Assembly (NCBI RefSeq): GCF_000737315.1 | Contig: NZ_JMCB01000006.1 | Span: 764,001 to 1,012,000 of the forward strand | Length of the DNA stretch: 248,000 bases | Origin: Hyalangium minutum | Lineage (GTDB): Bacteria; Myxococcota; Myxococcia; Myxococcales; Myxococcaceae | Reading direction: 5' to 3' | Shown here: piece after piece, positions 1-10,663 of the stretch | How the letters are laid out: the number at the start of each line of letters is the position of its first letter | How positions within the stretch are numbered: the stretch's first letter is position 1 | The notes under the pieces: model-generated | Databases searched by the model: none | What the model was told of the DNA's origin: nothing | What the model saw: the letters and a program-made list of their open reading frames with translations, nothing else | Program-made: the position numbers and the translations under genes

Positions 1-94
1 CGAGCCCCACCGGCCTGGCGGAGATCAACGCCCTGGATGGTGTCTGCCTCGAGGCCCACATCATCGACCTGGCGGAGCGCTTGGCCGCCCGGCG

Positions 95-862
95 GTGAGC
101 ACTCCCGAGACGGACGAGACGCTCGACTCGATCGGCACGGCGGGCGTGAAGGTGCTGCAGCGCCGGGGCGGCTACCGCTTCACCTTGGACGCCGTGCTGC
201 TGGCCGCCTTCGCTGCCGCGGAGGATCCACGACAGGGGCCGGTGCTGGAGCTCGGCGCGGGCAGCGGAGTGGTGTCCTTCCTGCTCGCCCGGCAGTTCGG
301 CCGAGGACCCATCGACGCGCTGGAGCTACAGCCTGCAGTCCATGCGCGGCTGGTCCGGGCCGTGGCGCTCAACGGGCTCGAGGGCCGGGTGAGGCCGCTG
401 CTCGGAGATCTGCGCGAGGCCCGGACGCGGGTGCCGCCCGGAGCGCATGCGCTCGTCGTCTCGAATCCTCCCTTCCGGCCCGCGGATGCCGGGGTGCGCA
501 GCCCGGACGAGGAGCGCGCCCTGTCCAAGCAGGAGCTGGCGTGTGACGCGGCCTCGGTGGTGGCTGCGGCCCGGCATGCGCTGGAGCCCGGGGGGAGCGT
601 CAGCCTGGTGTACCCAGCAGCGCGGCTGGCGGAGGTCCTTGGCCTGCTCACGGCGGCGCGGCTGTTCCCGCGAGCCCTGCGTCTCGTCCACTCGCGGGTG
701 GATTCGCCCGCGACGCGCTTCCTGGTTCACGCGCTGAGGGACAGCGATCGAGGGCTGGAGGTGCGTCCGCCGCTCATCGTCCATGGAGAGGGCCCCGGTG
801 GTTATACACACGAGGTCGCCGCGCTCATGGATCCCCCGCGCTCCGAGCAGAACCCACGGTGA
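95..862 (+). CDS. SAM-dependent methyltransferase, tRNA1(Val) A37-N6 (TrmN6/YfiC) family
   Basis: GYRFTLDAVLLAAF, ELGAGSGV SAM motif, VSNPPF. Confidence 0.85.
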   Translation: MSTPETDETLDSIGTAGVKVLQRRGGYRFTLDAVLLAAFAAAEDPRQGPVLELGAGSGVVSFLLARQFGRGPIDALELQPAVHARLVRAVALNGLEGRVRPLLGDLREARTRVPPGAHALVVSNPPFRPADAGVRSPDEERALSKQELACDAASVVAAARHALEPGGSVSLVYPAARLAEVLGLLTAARLFPRALRLVHSRVDSPATRFLVHALRDSDRGLEVRPPLIVHGEGPGGYTHEVAALMDPPRSEQNPR

Positions 863-969
863 CCGGGTGCAGGCGGGTCGAGCTTTCCCCATGGAATCCC
901 TAAGCTGTGGTGTCTGGTTTTGTGATTTTCGTATTGCTATAATTTTCCAGCGCCAAGTGAGGAGGGTGG

Positions 970-3756
970 ATGGAAGTCCGTCCCGAAGCTGAGCTCACGG
1001 GGTTCTCGGCGATGGACGCCCTGGAGGCCCTGGAGGATGGGTTCCTGGCGCTGGACGCGTCTCTGAAGGTGTGTGCCGCCAACCGGGCCGCCGAGCAGCT
1101 CCTGACGCTGTCCCGCTCGGGGCTGTGCGGGCAGGCGCTGAGCACGGTGCTGGGAGAGCCAGGGGCCTCGGCCGCGTTGCTGGAAGGCTGCCAGCGTGCG
1201 CTGTCCGAGCAGGTGCCCACGCGGCTCGTGGAACACCGGGCCTCGGCCGGCCAGTGGCTGGAGATCCGGCTGCGCCCCCAGCGCGGGCAGGTGTGGCTCT
1301 TCTTGCGAGACGTCACCTGGGAGCACCGCACGGAGGAGCGGCTGAGGGACTTCGAGCGGCAGCAGGCCGTGCTCCGGTACGTCATCGCCAACGTGCCCCA
1401 CGCCATCTTCTGGAAGGACCGGGAGGGGCGCTTTCTCGGAGCCAATCAGAACTTCGTCTCGGACTCGGGCGCGGGGACGGTGGAGAACCTGATCGGCAAG
1501 ACGGACTACGACATCTGGAAGCGCGAGGAGGCGGACTTCTTCGTCCAGGTGGATCGCCAGGTGATGCAGAGCGGCACGCCGATGCTCGACATCGAGGAGC
1601 CCGTCCGGCGCGCGGATGGCTCGGAGCGCACGCTGCTGACCAGCAAGGTGCCGTTGCGGGACGAAGCGGGCCAGGTGATGGGGATGCTGGGCATCTACGC
1701 GGACATCACCGAGCGCAAGCGCGGCGAGCGGGAGGTGCAGAAGGCGAAGGACGCGGCCGAGGCGGCGGTGCGCGCCAAGAGCGAGTTCCTCACGGTGATG
1801 AGCCACGAGCTGCGCACCCCGCTCACGTTGATCCTGGGTCCGCTGGGGGTGGTGCTCTCCGATGCTTCGGGTGAGCTGCCCGAGCATGTCCGGCGCGAGC
1901 TGGAGCGCATCCACCGCAACGCCGAGCGGCTCTTCCGGCTCGTGGACGACATCCTGGATCACCAGAAGGTGGAGGCGGGCCGGATGGAGGTGCACTGGGA
2001 GCCGGCGGAGATTGCCTCGCTCACGGAGCAACTGGTGGAAGATGCGCGCTCGGCGGGGGCCATCCGGGGCGTCGAGGTGCGCTTCGAGGCCGATGCCCAC
2101 CTGGGCGTCGTGCCGCTGGACCGGCGCAAGTTCGAGAAGATTGTCCTGAACCTGCTGGGCAACGCGCTCAAGTTCACGCCGTCAGGAGGCTCCATCGTCG
2201 CGGCGCTGCGGGCGCGGGACTCGTGGGTGGAGCTGTCGGTGACGGACACGGGGCCGGGCATCCCCGAGTCCAAGCAGGGGCTGCTCTTCCAGCGCTTCCA
2301 GCAGCTCGACGGCTCCACCACGCGCAAACACGAGGGGACCGGCATGGGGCTGGCCATCGTGAAGGAGTTCGCCGAGCTGATGGGGGGCGAGGTGGCCGTG
2401 GAGAGCAAGCCCGGCGAGGGCTCGCGGTTCATCGTCCGCCTGCCTCGGAGCGCGGATCGGCTCGTGGAGCCAGCGCTGAGCACCGGGCGCACTCCGGGCT
2501 CGAGGGCGGGGTACTTCACGCCCGCGCCACTGCCCATGGGCTCCCCGGTTCCGGCGCCGGAGCGGCAGCCTCAGGAGGCACCTCGCCTGCTCATCGCCGA
2601 TGACAACCCGGACATGCGTGCCTACCTGGCCAGCCTGCTCGGGCGCGAGTACGCGCTGGAGCTGGTGGAGAACGGCCGGCAGGCGCTGGAGGCCATGGAG
2701 CGGCAGCGGCCGGACGTCATCGTCTCGGACGTGATGATGCCGGAGATGGACGGCGCCGAGCTGGTCTCCCGGCTGAAGGCGAGCCCCACGTATCGGGACA
2801 TCCCCATCGTCCTGCTGACGGCCAAGGCCAGCCGCCAGGAGGCGATCGAGGGCCTGGAGATTGGCGCGGACGACTACCTGAGCAAGCCGTTCAGCGCGGC
2901 GGAGCTCCAGGCCCGGGTCCGCGCGGCGGTGCGGATGCACTCGCTCTACCAGGAGCTCCAGGCGCGGAAGCACGAGCTGGAGGAGGCACTGCGCAGGCTG
3001 CGCGCCACGCAGGAGCAACTGCTGCAGAAGGGCAAGATGGCCGCGGTGGGCTCGCTGGTGTCAGGGCTGTGCCACGAGCTGAACAACCCCATGGCTGCCA
3101 TCCGCATGAGCCTCGATCTGATGGTGCGGCGGAAGCTGGCCCCGGAGCGCCAGCGCGAGACGCTGGAGGTCATCGAGCGCCAGTCCCAGCGCTGTGTGAG
3201 CCTGGTGAAGGCCCTGCGGGAGTTCTCGAGCCGCCCTGCTGTCATCCGCGAACCCTGTGAGGTGGGCGCGGTGGTGGGCCGGGTCATCGAGCTCGTTGGG
3301 CCTCAGCTCTCGCGGCGGAGACTGTCGCTCGATGCGCGGCTCGCTGCCGCCGAGCTGCCTCGGCTTCACCTCCATGGCGCGGAGCTGGAGACGGCCCTGC
3401 GCCACGTGGTGACGAACGCCCTGGAAGCCAGCCCAGAGGGCGGCACGGTGACCCTCGAGGCCCGGCCGCTGGCGCGCGAGGGGACGCAGGGCGTGGAGGT
3501 GGCGGTGATCGATCACGGCCCGGGCATTTCTCCGGACACGCTGCCGCACGTCATCGAGCCGTTCTTCACCACGAAGCCGCCGGGAGAGGGCACCGGGCTC
3601 GGGCTGTCGTTGACCCACCGGTTCATTGATGCACACGGAGGCACCTTGAACATCGAGAGCGAGCGGGGCCGTGGAACGACGGTGCGGATGTGGCTGCCCG
3701 CCGCGCCGGTGCTCGAGACGGCCGCGTCAGCCGAAGGGGAGGCTCCACTGCAATGA
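970..3756 (+). CDS. Hybrid histidine kinase (PAS-PAS-HisKA-HATPase-REC-HisKA-HATPase)
   Basis: SHELRTPL H-box, NALKFT, GTGMGL, REC SDVMMP, second CHELNNP kinase core. Confidence 0.9.
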   Translation: MEVRPEAELTGFSAMDALEALEDGFLALDASLKVCAANRAAEQLLTLSRSGLCGQALSTVLGEPGASAALLEGCQRALSEQVPTRLVEHRASAGQWLEIRLRPQRGQVWLFLRDVTWEHRTEERLRDFERQQAVLRYVIANVPHAIFWKDREGRFLGANQNFVSDSGAGTVENLIGKTDYDIWKREEADFFVQVDRQVMQSGTPMLDIEEPVRRADGSERTLLTSKVPLRDEAGQVMGMLGIYADITERKRGEREVQKAKDAAEAAVRAKSEFLTVMSHELRTPLTLILGPLGVVLSDASGELPEHVRRELERIHRNAERLFRLVDDILDHQKVEAGRMEVHWEPAEIASLTEQLVEDARSAGAIRGVEVRFEADAHLGVVPLDRRKFEKIVLNLLGNALKFTPSGGSIVAALRARDSWVELSVTDTGPGIPESKQGLLFQRFQQLDGSTTRKHEGTGMGLAIVKEFAELMGGEVAVESKPGEGSRFIVRLPRSADRLVEPALSTGRTPGSRAGYFTPAPLPMGSPVPAPERQPQEAPRLLIADDNPDMRAYLASLLGREYALELVENGRQALEAMERQRPDVIVSDVMMPEMDGAELVSRLKASPTYRDIPIVLLTAKASRQEAIEGLEIGADDYLSKPFSAAELQARVRAAVRMHSLYQELQARKHELEEALRRLRATQEQLLQKGKMAAVGSLVSGLCHELNNPMAAIRMSLDLMVRRKLAPERQRETLEVIERQSQRCVSLVKALREFSSRPAVIREPCEVGAVVGRVIELVGPQLSRRRLSLDARLAAAELPRLHLHGAELETALRHVVTNALEASPEGGTVTLEARPLAREGTQGVEVAVIDHGPGISPDTLPHVIEPFFTTKPPGEGTGLGLSLTHRFIDAHGGTLNIESERGRGTTVRMWLPAAPVLETAASAEGEAPLQ

Positions 3757-4184
3757 ATGTCACGGATCTCTTTGAAGACGAGGCCCCGGTGATCAAGAAG
3801 CGGGGCGAGCACATCCTCGTCGTGGATGACGAGGCGGACGTACGCGAGGGTCTCGGGAAGCTGCTCGAGATGGAGGGCTATGACGTCACCACGGCCGAGA
3901 ATGGCCTGGTGGCGGTCGAGCGGGCGAAGCTGCAGCGCTTCGATCTGGTGCTCACGGACCTGAGGATGCCGGGGATGGACGGGGTCGAGACGTTGATGGA
4001 GCTCAAGCGGCTTCATCCCGGGATGCCCGTCATCGTCGTCACGGCCTACGCCTCGCATGAGACGGCGGCCCGCTGCGAGCGCGAGGGGGCCTACGGCTAT
4101 GTCATGAAGCCGTTCGACCTGGACGAGCTGCTGCAGGTCATCGAAGAGGCGGTCCCCACCGGCAGAGGGCCCCTTCAGAGCTGA
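3753..4184 (+). CDS. Single-domain response regulator
   Basis: ILVVDDE, TDLRMPGMDG, KPFDLD; ATG overlaps upstream stop. Confidence 0.9.
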   Translation: MNVTDLFEDEAPVIKKRGEHILVVDDEADVREGLGKLLEMEGYDVTTAENGLVAVERAKLQRFDLVLTDLRMPGMDGVETLMELKRLHPGMPVIVVTAYASHETAARCEREGAYGYVMKPFDLDELLQVIEEAVPTGRGPLQS

Positions 4185-4286
4185 GACGGAGCGCCCGAGG
4201 CCGCCTGCCTGGGCAGGGTGCGTCCGTCAGCGACGTGCCCGCAGGTTTCTCTCGGGCACAAGGCGTACCCGTAATATGCCCGCGCC

Positions 4287-5828
4287 ATGCGTTCCTCCGT
4301 CCTGCTGCTGCTGGCGCTCGCTGCCCTGTCAGGTGCGTGTGCTGCGACCGAACCCGCCCGTTCCTCCGCGAGGCCCCCTGCTTCCGAGCCCGCGGCTCCT
4401 CTCGCTGCTGTCCCCGCGAACCCTCCCATACCCCCCGAGGCTCCTGCCCCGGCTGCCGTGAGTCCCACTGCGGCTCCTGGAGATGCCAGCACCGCTCTCG
4501 TGGATCCGGCGACAGCGGGCGCGGACGCGCAGTTCGCTCGAGGCGTGGAGGCGCTGAAGGCCCAGGACACGAAGACGGCCATCACCGAGCTCGCCGCTTG
4601 TGTGGAGGCGATGCCCTCTCGGGTGGACTGCCGGTGGGAGCTGGGCTGGGCGTACTCGCTGGAGAACCGGTGGGCCGAGGCGCTCGCGCAGTTTACGGAG
4701 GTCCAGAAGCTCAAGCCGGATCAGCCGGATCTGGAGACGGCGCTCACGCAGGCCCGTGCGCAGGCGGAGCTGGCGGAGCGGCTCGCCAAGCCCCCGGAGC
4801 CTTCTCAGCGCCCGCCTCCTCCCGAGGGTGCGCGCGTGCGCATTCGCGCCGCGGGGGATGTGATGCTCGGCACCACGGTGCCCGAGGGCCACCTGCCTCC
4901 CGAGGGCCCCGATGGCGTCCTCGCCGCCGTGCGCCCGCTGCTGGAGGACGCGGACCTCACGTTCGTGAACCTCGAGGGCCCGCTGTGCGACATCGGCGAG
5001 ACGAAGAAGTGCCGCTCGCCCCGGAACTGCTACGCGTTCCGCTCGCCCACGGCCTACGGCCAGGCGCTCAAGGACGCGGGGGTGGATGTGGTCTCCACGG
5101 CAAACAACCACTCGGGCGACTTCGGCGAGCTGTGCCGGCGAGAGACGGAGTCCACGCTCGACACGCTCGGCATCGGCTGGAGCGGGCCGCCGGGCACGGT
5201 GGCCACGCTGGAGCGCAACGGGCTGCGCATTGGCCTGGTGGCGTTTCACACCTCGGCCTCGTGCAACCACCTCAACAACCTGCCCACGGCGAAGGCGCTG
5301 GTGAGCTCGGCGGCGGCCACGCATGACCTGGTCATCGTCTCCTTCCACGGAGGCGCCGAGGGCGCCAAGGCCGTGCGCGTGCCACCCGGCAAGGAGAAGT
5401 TCATGGGCGAGGACCGGGGCGACCTGCGTACCTTCACGCACGCCATGGTGGATGCGGGTGCGCACCTCGTCATGGGCCACGGCCCCCACGTGGCGCGAGC
5501 CATGGAGTTCTACAAGGGCCGGCTGATTGCCTACTCCCTGGGCAACTTCGCCACCTACGGGCGCTTCACGGTGACGGGTGTGCAGGGGCTGGGCATGGTG
5601 CTCGAGGTGGAGCTGGACCGCGAGGGCCGCTACCTCTCCGGCCGCATCCTCCCCACCCGCCAGCACGGCGAGGGCATCCCCGCCCCGGATCCGGACGGCG
5701 GCGTCACCTCGCTGGTGCGCAAGCTGACGGCCCAGGACTTCCCGCTGACGGGCGCGCGGATCTCCGAGGACGGTGTCATCTCTCCCCTGGAGAAGCCGTC
5801 CGCCTCCCTTCAGCGGGCAACGCCGTAG
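4287..5828 (+). CDS. CapA/PGA_cap family metallophosphatase lipoprotein with TPR
   Basis: Lipobox LSGAC, AAGDVMLG, NLEGP, ANNHSGD, GHGPHV, YSLGNF. Confidence 0.85.
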   Translation: MRSSVLLLLALAALSGACAATEPARSSARPPASEPAAPLAAVPANPPIPPEAPAPAAVSPTAAPGDASTALVDPATAGADAQFARGVEALKAQDTKTAITELAACVEAMPSRVDCRWELGWAYSLENRWAEALAQFTEVQKLKPDQPDLETALTQARAQAELAERLAKPPEPSQRPPPPEGARVRIRAAGDVMLGTTVPEGHLPPEGPDGVLAAVRPLLEDADLTFVNLEGPLCDIGETKKCRSPRNCYAFRSPTAYGQALKDAGVDVVSTANNHSGDFGELCRRETESTLDTLGIGWSGPPGTVATLERNGLRIGLVAFHTSASCNHLNNLPTAKALVSSAAATHDLVIVSFHGGAEGAKAVRVPPGKEKFMGEDRGDLRTFTHAMVDAGAHLVMGHGPHVARAMEFYKGRLIAYSLGNFATYGRFTVTGVQGLGMVLEVELDREGRYLSGRILPTRQHGEGIPAPDPDGGVTSLVRKLTAQDFPLTGARISEDGVISPLEKPSASLQRATP

Positions 5829-5913
5829 GGCGGGTCCTCGCGGCACAGCTCAGAACGGAATGCTGAAGGTGAGCTGATCCACCGCGCAGCTTGGATTCAT
5901 TGGTGCCCCAAGA

Positions 5914-7218
5914 GTGGGAACGAGGCCCACCGAGCGCGCGTTCGAGGCTTGGGTTAGAAGGAAGACCGCCGTGCCCGCACTTCGCCTCCAGCGCTTCTCT
6001 TCGTTCCGGGCCTTCGAGCACCCCGGCTACTTTGCGGTGTGGATTGGAGCGCTGGTGTCGAACATCGGCACCTGGATGGAGACGCTGGCGCTGGGCGTCT
6101 ACGTCACCGAGGTGACGGGCAAGGCCGAGTGGACGGGCGGAGTGGCGGCGCTGTCGTACTTGCCGGGCCTGCTCCTGTCTCCGCTCGGTGGAGCGCTGGC
6201 GGATCGGTTCGACCGGCGCACGTATCTCGCGGTGGGCACGTTGGGGCAGATGCTCCTGGCCGCCGTGCTGACGGTGCTGGCCTTCACGCACCACCTGAGC
6301 GTGCCGCTGGTGGCGGTGGTGGCCTTCCTCAACGGCAGCATCAGCCTGCTGTCCGGTCCGGCCTTCAACGCGCTGCTGGCGGAGCTGGTGCCGGCGAAGG
6401 ACATGCACAGCGCGCTGAGCCTCAGCTCGGCGCAGTTCAACCTGGGGCGCGTGATTGGCCCGCTGCTCGCGACGGTGGTGCTGGCCGCGGGTGGCATTCA
6501 ATGGGCGCTGCTGATCAACGCGCTGTCCTTCCTTTCGGTGCTGGTGGCGCTGTGGAAGCTGGGGCCCACGCGAAGCCCGGGTCCGGTGGTGCTCAAGGGC
6601 CTGTGGAAGGTGCTCTGGGCGGACATTGTCCGCGGCGTGGACGTGGCGCGGAAGGACGCGGGTATCAGCCTGGTCATTACGAGCACGCTCGTCATCGCCA
6701 TCCTGGTGGCACCGTTCATCGGCTTGGTGCCGGTGTTTGCGATTCGGGTGTTCCACCAGGGGGCCTCTGCAACATCGCTGCTGGTGACGTCGCAGGGTGC
6801 GGGTGCGGTGACGGCGGCGGTGGCGGCGGGCGTGCTGGTGGATGCGTTCGGCCGCAAGCGGGTGCTGGAGGGGGTGATGCTCCTGTTGGGGCTGGTGACG
6901 GCGCTGTACTGGCTGGCGCCGACCCTGGTGTGGGCCGCCGTGGGCATCTTCTTCGTGGGCGCCTGCTACATGACGTGCCTCACGGGCATCCACACGGTGT
7001 GCCAGACGCGAGCGCCTGCGGAGCTCCGGGCGCGCATCAGCAGTCTCTACGGCATGGTGCTCAACGGTGGCTACGCGCTGGGCGTGTGGCTGCAGGGAGC
7101 GCTGGCGGACCGGGTGGGCGTGCGCTTCGTGACAGTGTCCTGTGCCGTGTTCTTCCTGGCGCTGGTGGTGACGCTGCGCCTGCTGCGCCCGCACAGCTTC
7201 GACGCCACCGAGGCGTGA
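5914..7218 (+). CDS. MFS transporter
   Basis: About 12 hydrophobic segments, GGALADRFDRR motif. Confidence 0.85.
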   Translation: MGTRPTERAFEAWVRRKTAVPALRLQRFSSFRAFEHPGYFAVWIGALVSNIGTWMETLALGVYVTEVTGKAEWTGGVAALSYLPGLLLSPLGGALADRFDRRTYLAVGTLGQMLLAAVLTVLAFTHHLSVPLVAVVAFLNGSISLLSGPAFNALLAELVPAKDMHSALSLSSAQFNLGRVIGPLLATVVLAAGGIQWALLINALSFLSVLVALWKLGPTRSPGPVVLKGLWKVLWADIVRGVDVARKDAGISLVITSTLVIAILVAPFIGLVPVFAIRVFHQGASATSLLVTSQGAGAVTAAVAAGVLVDAFGRKRVLEGVMLLLGLVTALYWLAPTLVWAAVGIFFVGACYMTCLTGIHTVCQTRAPAELRARISSLYGMVLNGGYALGVWLQGALADRVGVRFVTVSCAVFFLALVVTLRLLRPHSFDATEA

Positions 7219-7227
7219 AAGCGGCGC

Positions 7228-7833
7228 TCACGCGGAAGAGTGCAGTGCCTCTTCCAGGCGCTGAGCTGCCTCCAGCCAGCCCTCTTCCTCGACGCGCATG
7301 GCCTCCGAATCCTTCTTGATGGAGAGCTGGATCTGGACCATGCGCGGATCCTCTAGCCCTGTTGAAGTGAGCTGGTACCAGAGCGCCCATGCTTCTGGAT
7401 GACGTGTGCCCCAGTGCTCGAGCCGCTCGGCGGCAACGGCATGGTCCAAGGCATCTGCCAACAGTTCGCTGCGCCGGTGTTCATCCATCTCAGGCCGGCT
7501 TGCCTTCCACAGGGCTTCCACCGCGCTGGTGAAGGTATTGGCGCCCGGCCCAGGAAAGTCATCCTCTGCTTCAGGCCACTTTTCCGAATCATCCGTCGGG
7601 CCGGTTTCCGGGATGGACTCGATGAACTGGCGCGGCCAGCGCACGCCGGGCTGATGACGTTCGAAAACAGGCAGGCGGCGCGAAACAAAATCCCGGACCA
7701 ACCGCAGCGCCCGATGAGGAGGCAGGTGGCGCAGCAACTTCCGAGCGGAGCTCCAGCAGCCGTTCACGTCGGCACGCGCGGCCGCCAGCCTTAGCGCTTG
7801 GACCTCATCCTCAGGGGATCGAAGCTCGCTCAT
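7228..7833 (-). CDS. Hypothetical protein, possible immunity protein
   Basis: 201 aa ORF coupled to upstream lipoprotein; atypical codon usage. Confidence 0.5.
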   Translation of the reverse strand: MSELRSPEDEVQALRLAAARADVNGCWSSARKLLRHLPPHRALRLVRDFVSRRLPVFERHQPGVRWPRQFIESIPETGPTDDSEKWPEAEDDFPGPGANTFTSAVEALWKASRPEMDEHRRSELLADALDHAVAAERLEHWGTRHPEAWALWYQLTSTGLEDPRMVQIQLSIKKDSEAMRVEEEGWLEAAQRLEEALHSSA

Positions 7834-8398
7834 GCCCGATGGGGAGCCCTACCAGACAATGCGGCACTTGGTCCATGTTGTAGTGCCTTCCGAGCAATGG
7901 ACAGGGACCTGCCCGTGTTTCCTCCGGGTGGTGAAGAAGGAGGTTCTTGGAGTCCAGCCTCAGCTTCATCGCGTTCAGGGCCTGCTGAGCGCTGTGGAAG
8001 GCATAGCCCGCAGGTAGATCCTGACAGACGGGATAGTCGGGCAGCTTCTCACCGCAGTTCCGCCGCTGGCCTGAAGGATCCTCCACTGGATCCACATCCA
8101 CCCACGGATCAACGGGCGGGAAGCGGTTCGGACCCGGCTGCTGCGAAGGCTGTTGCTGGCGCTCACGGATGGTCTTCTGCAGCCGCTGGGCGGCCTCATG
8201 GGAGATCAGGCCCGCTGCGATCGCATGCAGAAGAAGCTCCTCTGCCTCGGTGAGCTGACCCTGGGCAATGAGCGTGGAGATTCGAGTCGTGGCGCTGTCG
8301 CCCCCCTTGGTGCGGACGGTGGGCTCGGCGGGTGTGTGGGCGCACCCCGCTGGGATCAGCATCACCCCGCAGCACAGAAAGAACCTCCAGACGCACAT
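7811..8398 (-). CDS. Putative lipoprotein, possible truncated toxin
   Basis: Lipobox-like LIPAGC, Cys-rich C-terminal half. Confidence 0.45.
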   Translation of the reverse strand: MCVWRFFLCCGVMLIPAGCAHTPAEPTVRTKGGDSATTRISTLIAQGQLTEAEELLLHAIAAGLISHEAAQRLQKTIRERQQQPSQQPGPNRFPPVDPWVDVDPVEDPSGQRRNCGEKLPDYPVCQDLPAGYAFHSAQQALNAMKLRLDSKNLLLHHPEETRAGPCPLLGRHYNMDQVPHCLVGLPIGHERASIP

Positions 8399-8523
8399 GG
8401 CTGTCTCCTGTTCATCCCCTGTCTAGCGGATCCGCTGCTCCCGAGGCGATGATGGGGGCAGAGCCCTCCGTGTCCTACACAGCGATGGGCTTCGTGCCAC
8501 GTCCCGCGCCGAGGTGGAGAGAC

Positions 8524-10158
8524 ATGAGACTGTTCCTGGGGCCCGTCCTGTATGCCGAGACTCAGACGGATCCGGAGTCTTGGAGCTTCTCGGTGAACCT
8601 ACTGCTCTCGGGCACTGACACCGCGAAGGCCCCGCCGCTGCGGCTGGCCTTCCGCGATGCCCAGGGCCAGGAGCTCGGCACCGTGTCCGGCCCCACCCTG
8701 GCCGCGGACTTCTCCGCGCTGGAGGAGCCCTGGGCGTGTGTCTCCTGGAAGTGGACGGTCCGGCTGACGCGCCTCTCCGTGGAGCAGCGGGTCAGCTACC
8801 GCTTCGACCCTGCGAGCCCGTCGGTCGAGTGGCGCATGGATGACGTGAAGGACGTGCTCGTGCCCGCCCGGGGAGATCTGCCCCGGTGCGCGTTCTTCTC
8901 GTGCAACGGCGTGAGCCACCTCAAGGGCTGGGCGACGCTCGATCGCCCCTTCGCGCTCTGGGAGGAGATGCGCCGCCAGCAGGAGCACGACGCGGGCTTC
9001 CACGTCCTCCTCGGCGGAGGCGATCAGCTCTACACGGACAGCCTCTGGTACACGAACCCCACGCTGGCCCGTTTCCAGAAGCTCTCTCGGGCGCAGCGGC
9101 TGAACAGCCCCGCCCCCGAGGGCCTGGAGGCGGAGCTGCTCCGCGACTACGTGCGCGTCTACATCGAGCGCTGGAGCGAGCAGGGCATCGGCTCCATGCT
9201 GGCGCGCGTCCCGGGGCTCTACACCTGGGATGATCACGACATCATGGACGGGTGGGGCTCGCTGGAAGAACTGCAGGAGTCCCCGGTGCTGCGCGCGCTC
9301 TATGGCGCGGCGGCCCGTGTCTTCGAGGCCTTCCAGCTCGGAGGCCTGCGCGGCGACGTGAAGGCCCGGCGCGATCCCGGTGCCGCCCACTACTTCCAGG
9401 CCCACACCTTCTCGGGCGATGCGTGCGACCTGGACGTGGTGCTGCTCGATCTGCGCAGCGGCCGGACGAGCCGGACTCTCGCCAGCGGCAAGCTCGACCA
9501 CACCATCCTCTCGGAAGCTCAGTGGGCGGCGTTCGACGCCTGGCGCAAGGAGCACACCGCTCGCGCCACGCAGCGGAACAAGCCTCGGCACGTGTTGATC
9601 ATCTCCTCCATCCCCATCGTCTACATGCGCTTCCGTCCGGGCGTGGAGTCCGGCGCCGCGCTGGTCGACAAGCGGGATGACCTGCTGGACCAGTGGGAGT
9701 CGGTCATCCACCGCGGCGAGCGGACGCGGCTGATGATGAACCTCTTCGAGCTGGCGAAGGACTCGTGCTGCTCGGTGACGGTGCTGTCCGGGGATGCGCA
9801 CGTGGGCTCGCGGGCGCTGATCCGCTCGCGCAACGTGCGGCACCTGCACCCAGGGCACGCCGAGGTCTACCTGGAGCAGGTCACCTCCTCGGGCATCGTC
9901 CACCCGCCGCCCTCGGCGCTGGAGCTGATGGGGATGCGCGCCCTGGCCAACGATGTGCCGGAGGAGCTGCCTGGGCACCTGCGCACGGAGCTGCTGCCCG
10001 TGGGCGGAGACCTGTACCTGCGCGAGCGCAACTGGATCTCCCTGCGCGTCACCGAGGGGCAGTCGAGCCGCTCGCCCAAGCTCTGGCTCAAGTGGGAGGC
10101 CGAGCACACCCACGTCGACGTGCAGGTGGTGGTGGAGCCCCCCGCGCGCCGTGCCTAG
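8524..10158 (+). CDS. PhoD-like alkaline phosphatase family protein
   Basis: GGDQLYTD, WDDHDIMDGWGS, LSGDAH. Confidence 0.85.
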   Translation: MRLFLGPVLYAETQTDPESWSFSVNLLLSGTDTAKAPPLRLAFRDAQGQELGTVSGPTLAADFSALEEPWACVSWKWTVRLTRLSVEQRVSYRFDPASPSVEWRMDDVKDVLVPARGDLPRCAFFSCNGVSHLKGWATLDRPFALWEEMRRQQEHDAGFHVLLGGGDQLYTDSLWYTNPTLARFQKLSRAQRLNSPAPEGLEAELLRDYVRVYIERWSEQGIGSMLARVPGLYTWDDHDIMDGWGSLEELQESPVLRALYGAAARVFEAFQLGGLRGDVKARRDPGAAHYFQAHTFSGDACDLDVVLLDLRSGRTSRTLASGKLDHTILSEAQWAAFDAWRKEHTARATQRNKPRHVLIISSIPIVYMRFRPGVESGAALVDKRDDLLDQWESVIHRGERTRLMMNLFELAKDSCCSVTVLSGDAHVGSRALIRSRNVRHLHPGHAEVYLEQVTSSGIVHPPPSALELMGMRALANDVPEELPGHLRTELLPVGGDLYLRERNWISLRVTEGQSSRSPKLWLKWEAEHTHVDVQVVVEPPARRA

Positions 10159-10296
10159 CCAGGCCCGGCGGGTCACTCCTCGGGCCGGCGAGGGAGGGCG
10201 TTCCTGCTCCTGGGAAGCTTGGTGTGCGGCGAGAGCATCCCGAGCTTGAGCCTCGAGGCGCGCGGGCTCTCCGCGCGCGGAACGAGGAGCCCCAGC

Positions 10297-10575
10297 ATGA
10301 GCAGCCGGAAGTATGACCCTCTCAAGGGCGGCAAGGAGGCCTCCCACAAGCCCCCCTTCACGAAGGACCGGGTCGAGCGCGGCCTGGAGGCCGATGACAC
10401 CAAGCCGCTCTATGCCGACGAGTCCAAGCACGACACCCGCGAGCTGAAGTTCGCCTTCGACAGCGATGGCCCGGCCGGTGGCGATGTGCCGGACATCCGC
10501 AGCCCCATCGACGAGGCCGACGAGCTCGAGCGCGAGCAGCGTGGCCGTGAGAAGGCCGAAGAGGAGAACAGCTAG
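10297..10575 (+). CDS. Small acidic hypothetical protein
   Basis: GAGGAG RBS, strong GC3 bias. Confidence 0.6.
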   Translation: MSSRKYDPLKGGKEASHKPPFTKDRVERGLEADDTKPLYADESKHDTRELKFAFDSDGPAGGDVPDIRSPIDEADELEREQRGREKAEEENS

Positions 10576-10663
10576 GCCGCCGGGCAAGCCGGCAGCCTGA
10601 AACACAAAGCGCCGGAGCCCCCGCGAGGACTCCGGCGCCTGGCACTGCGTCTGCGCGACGGGA

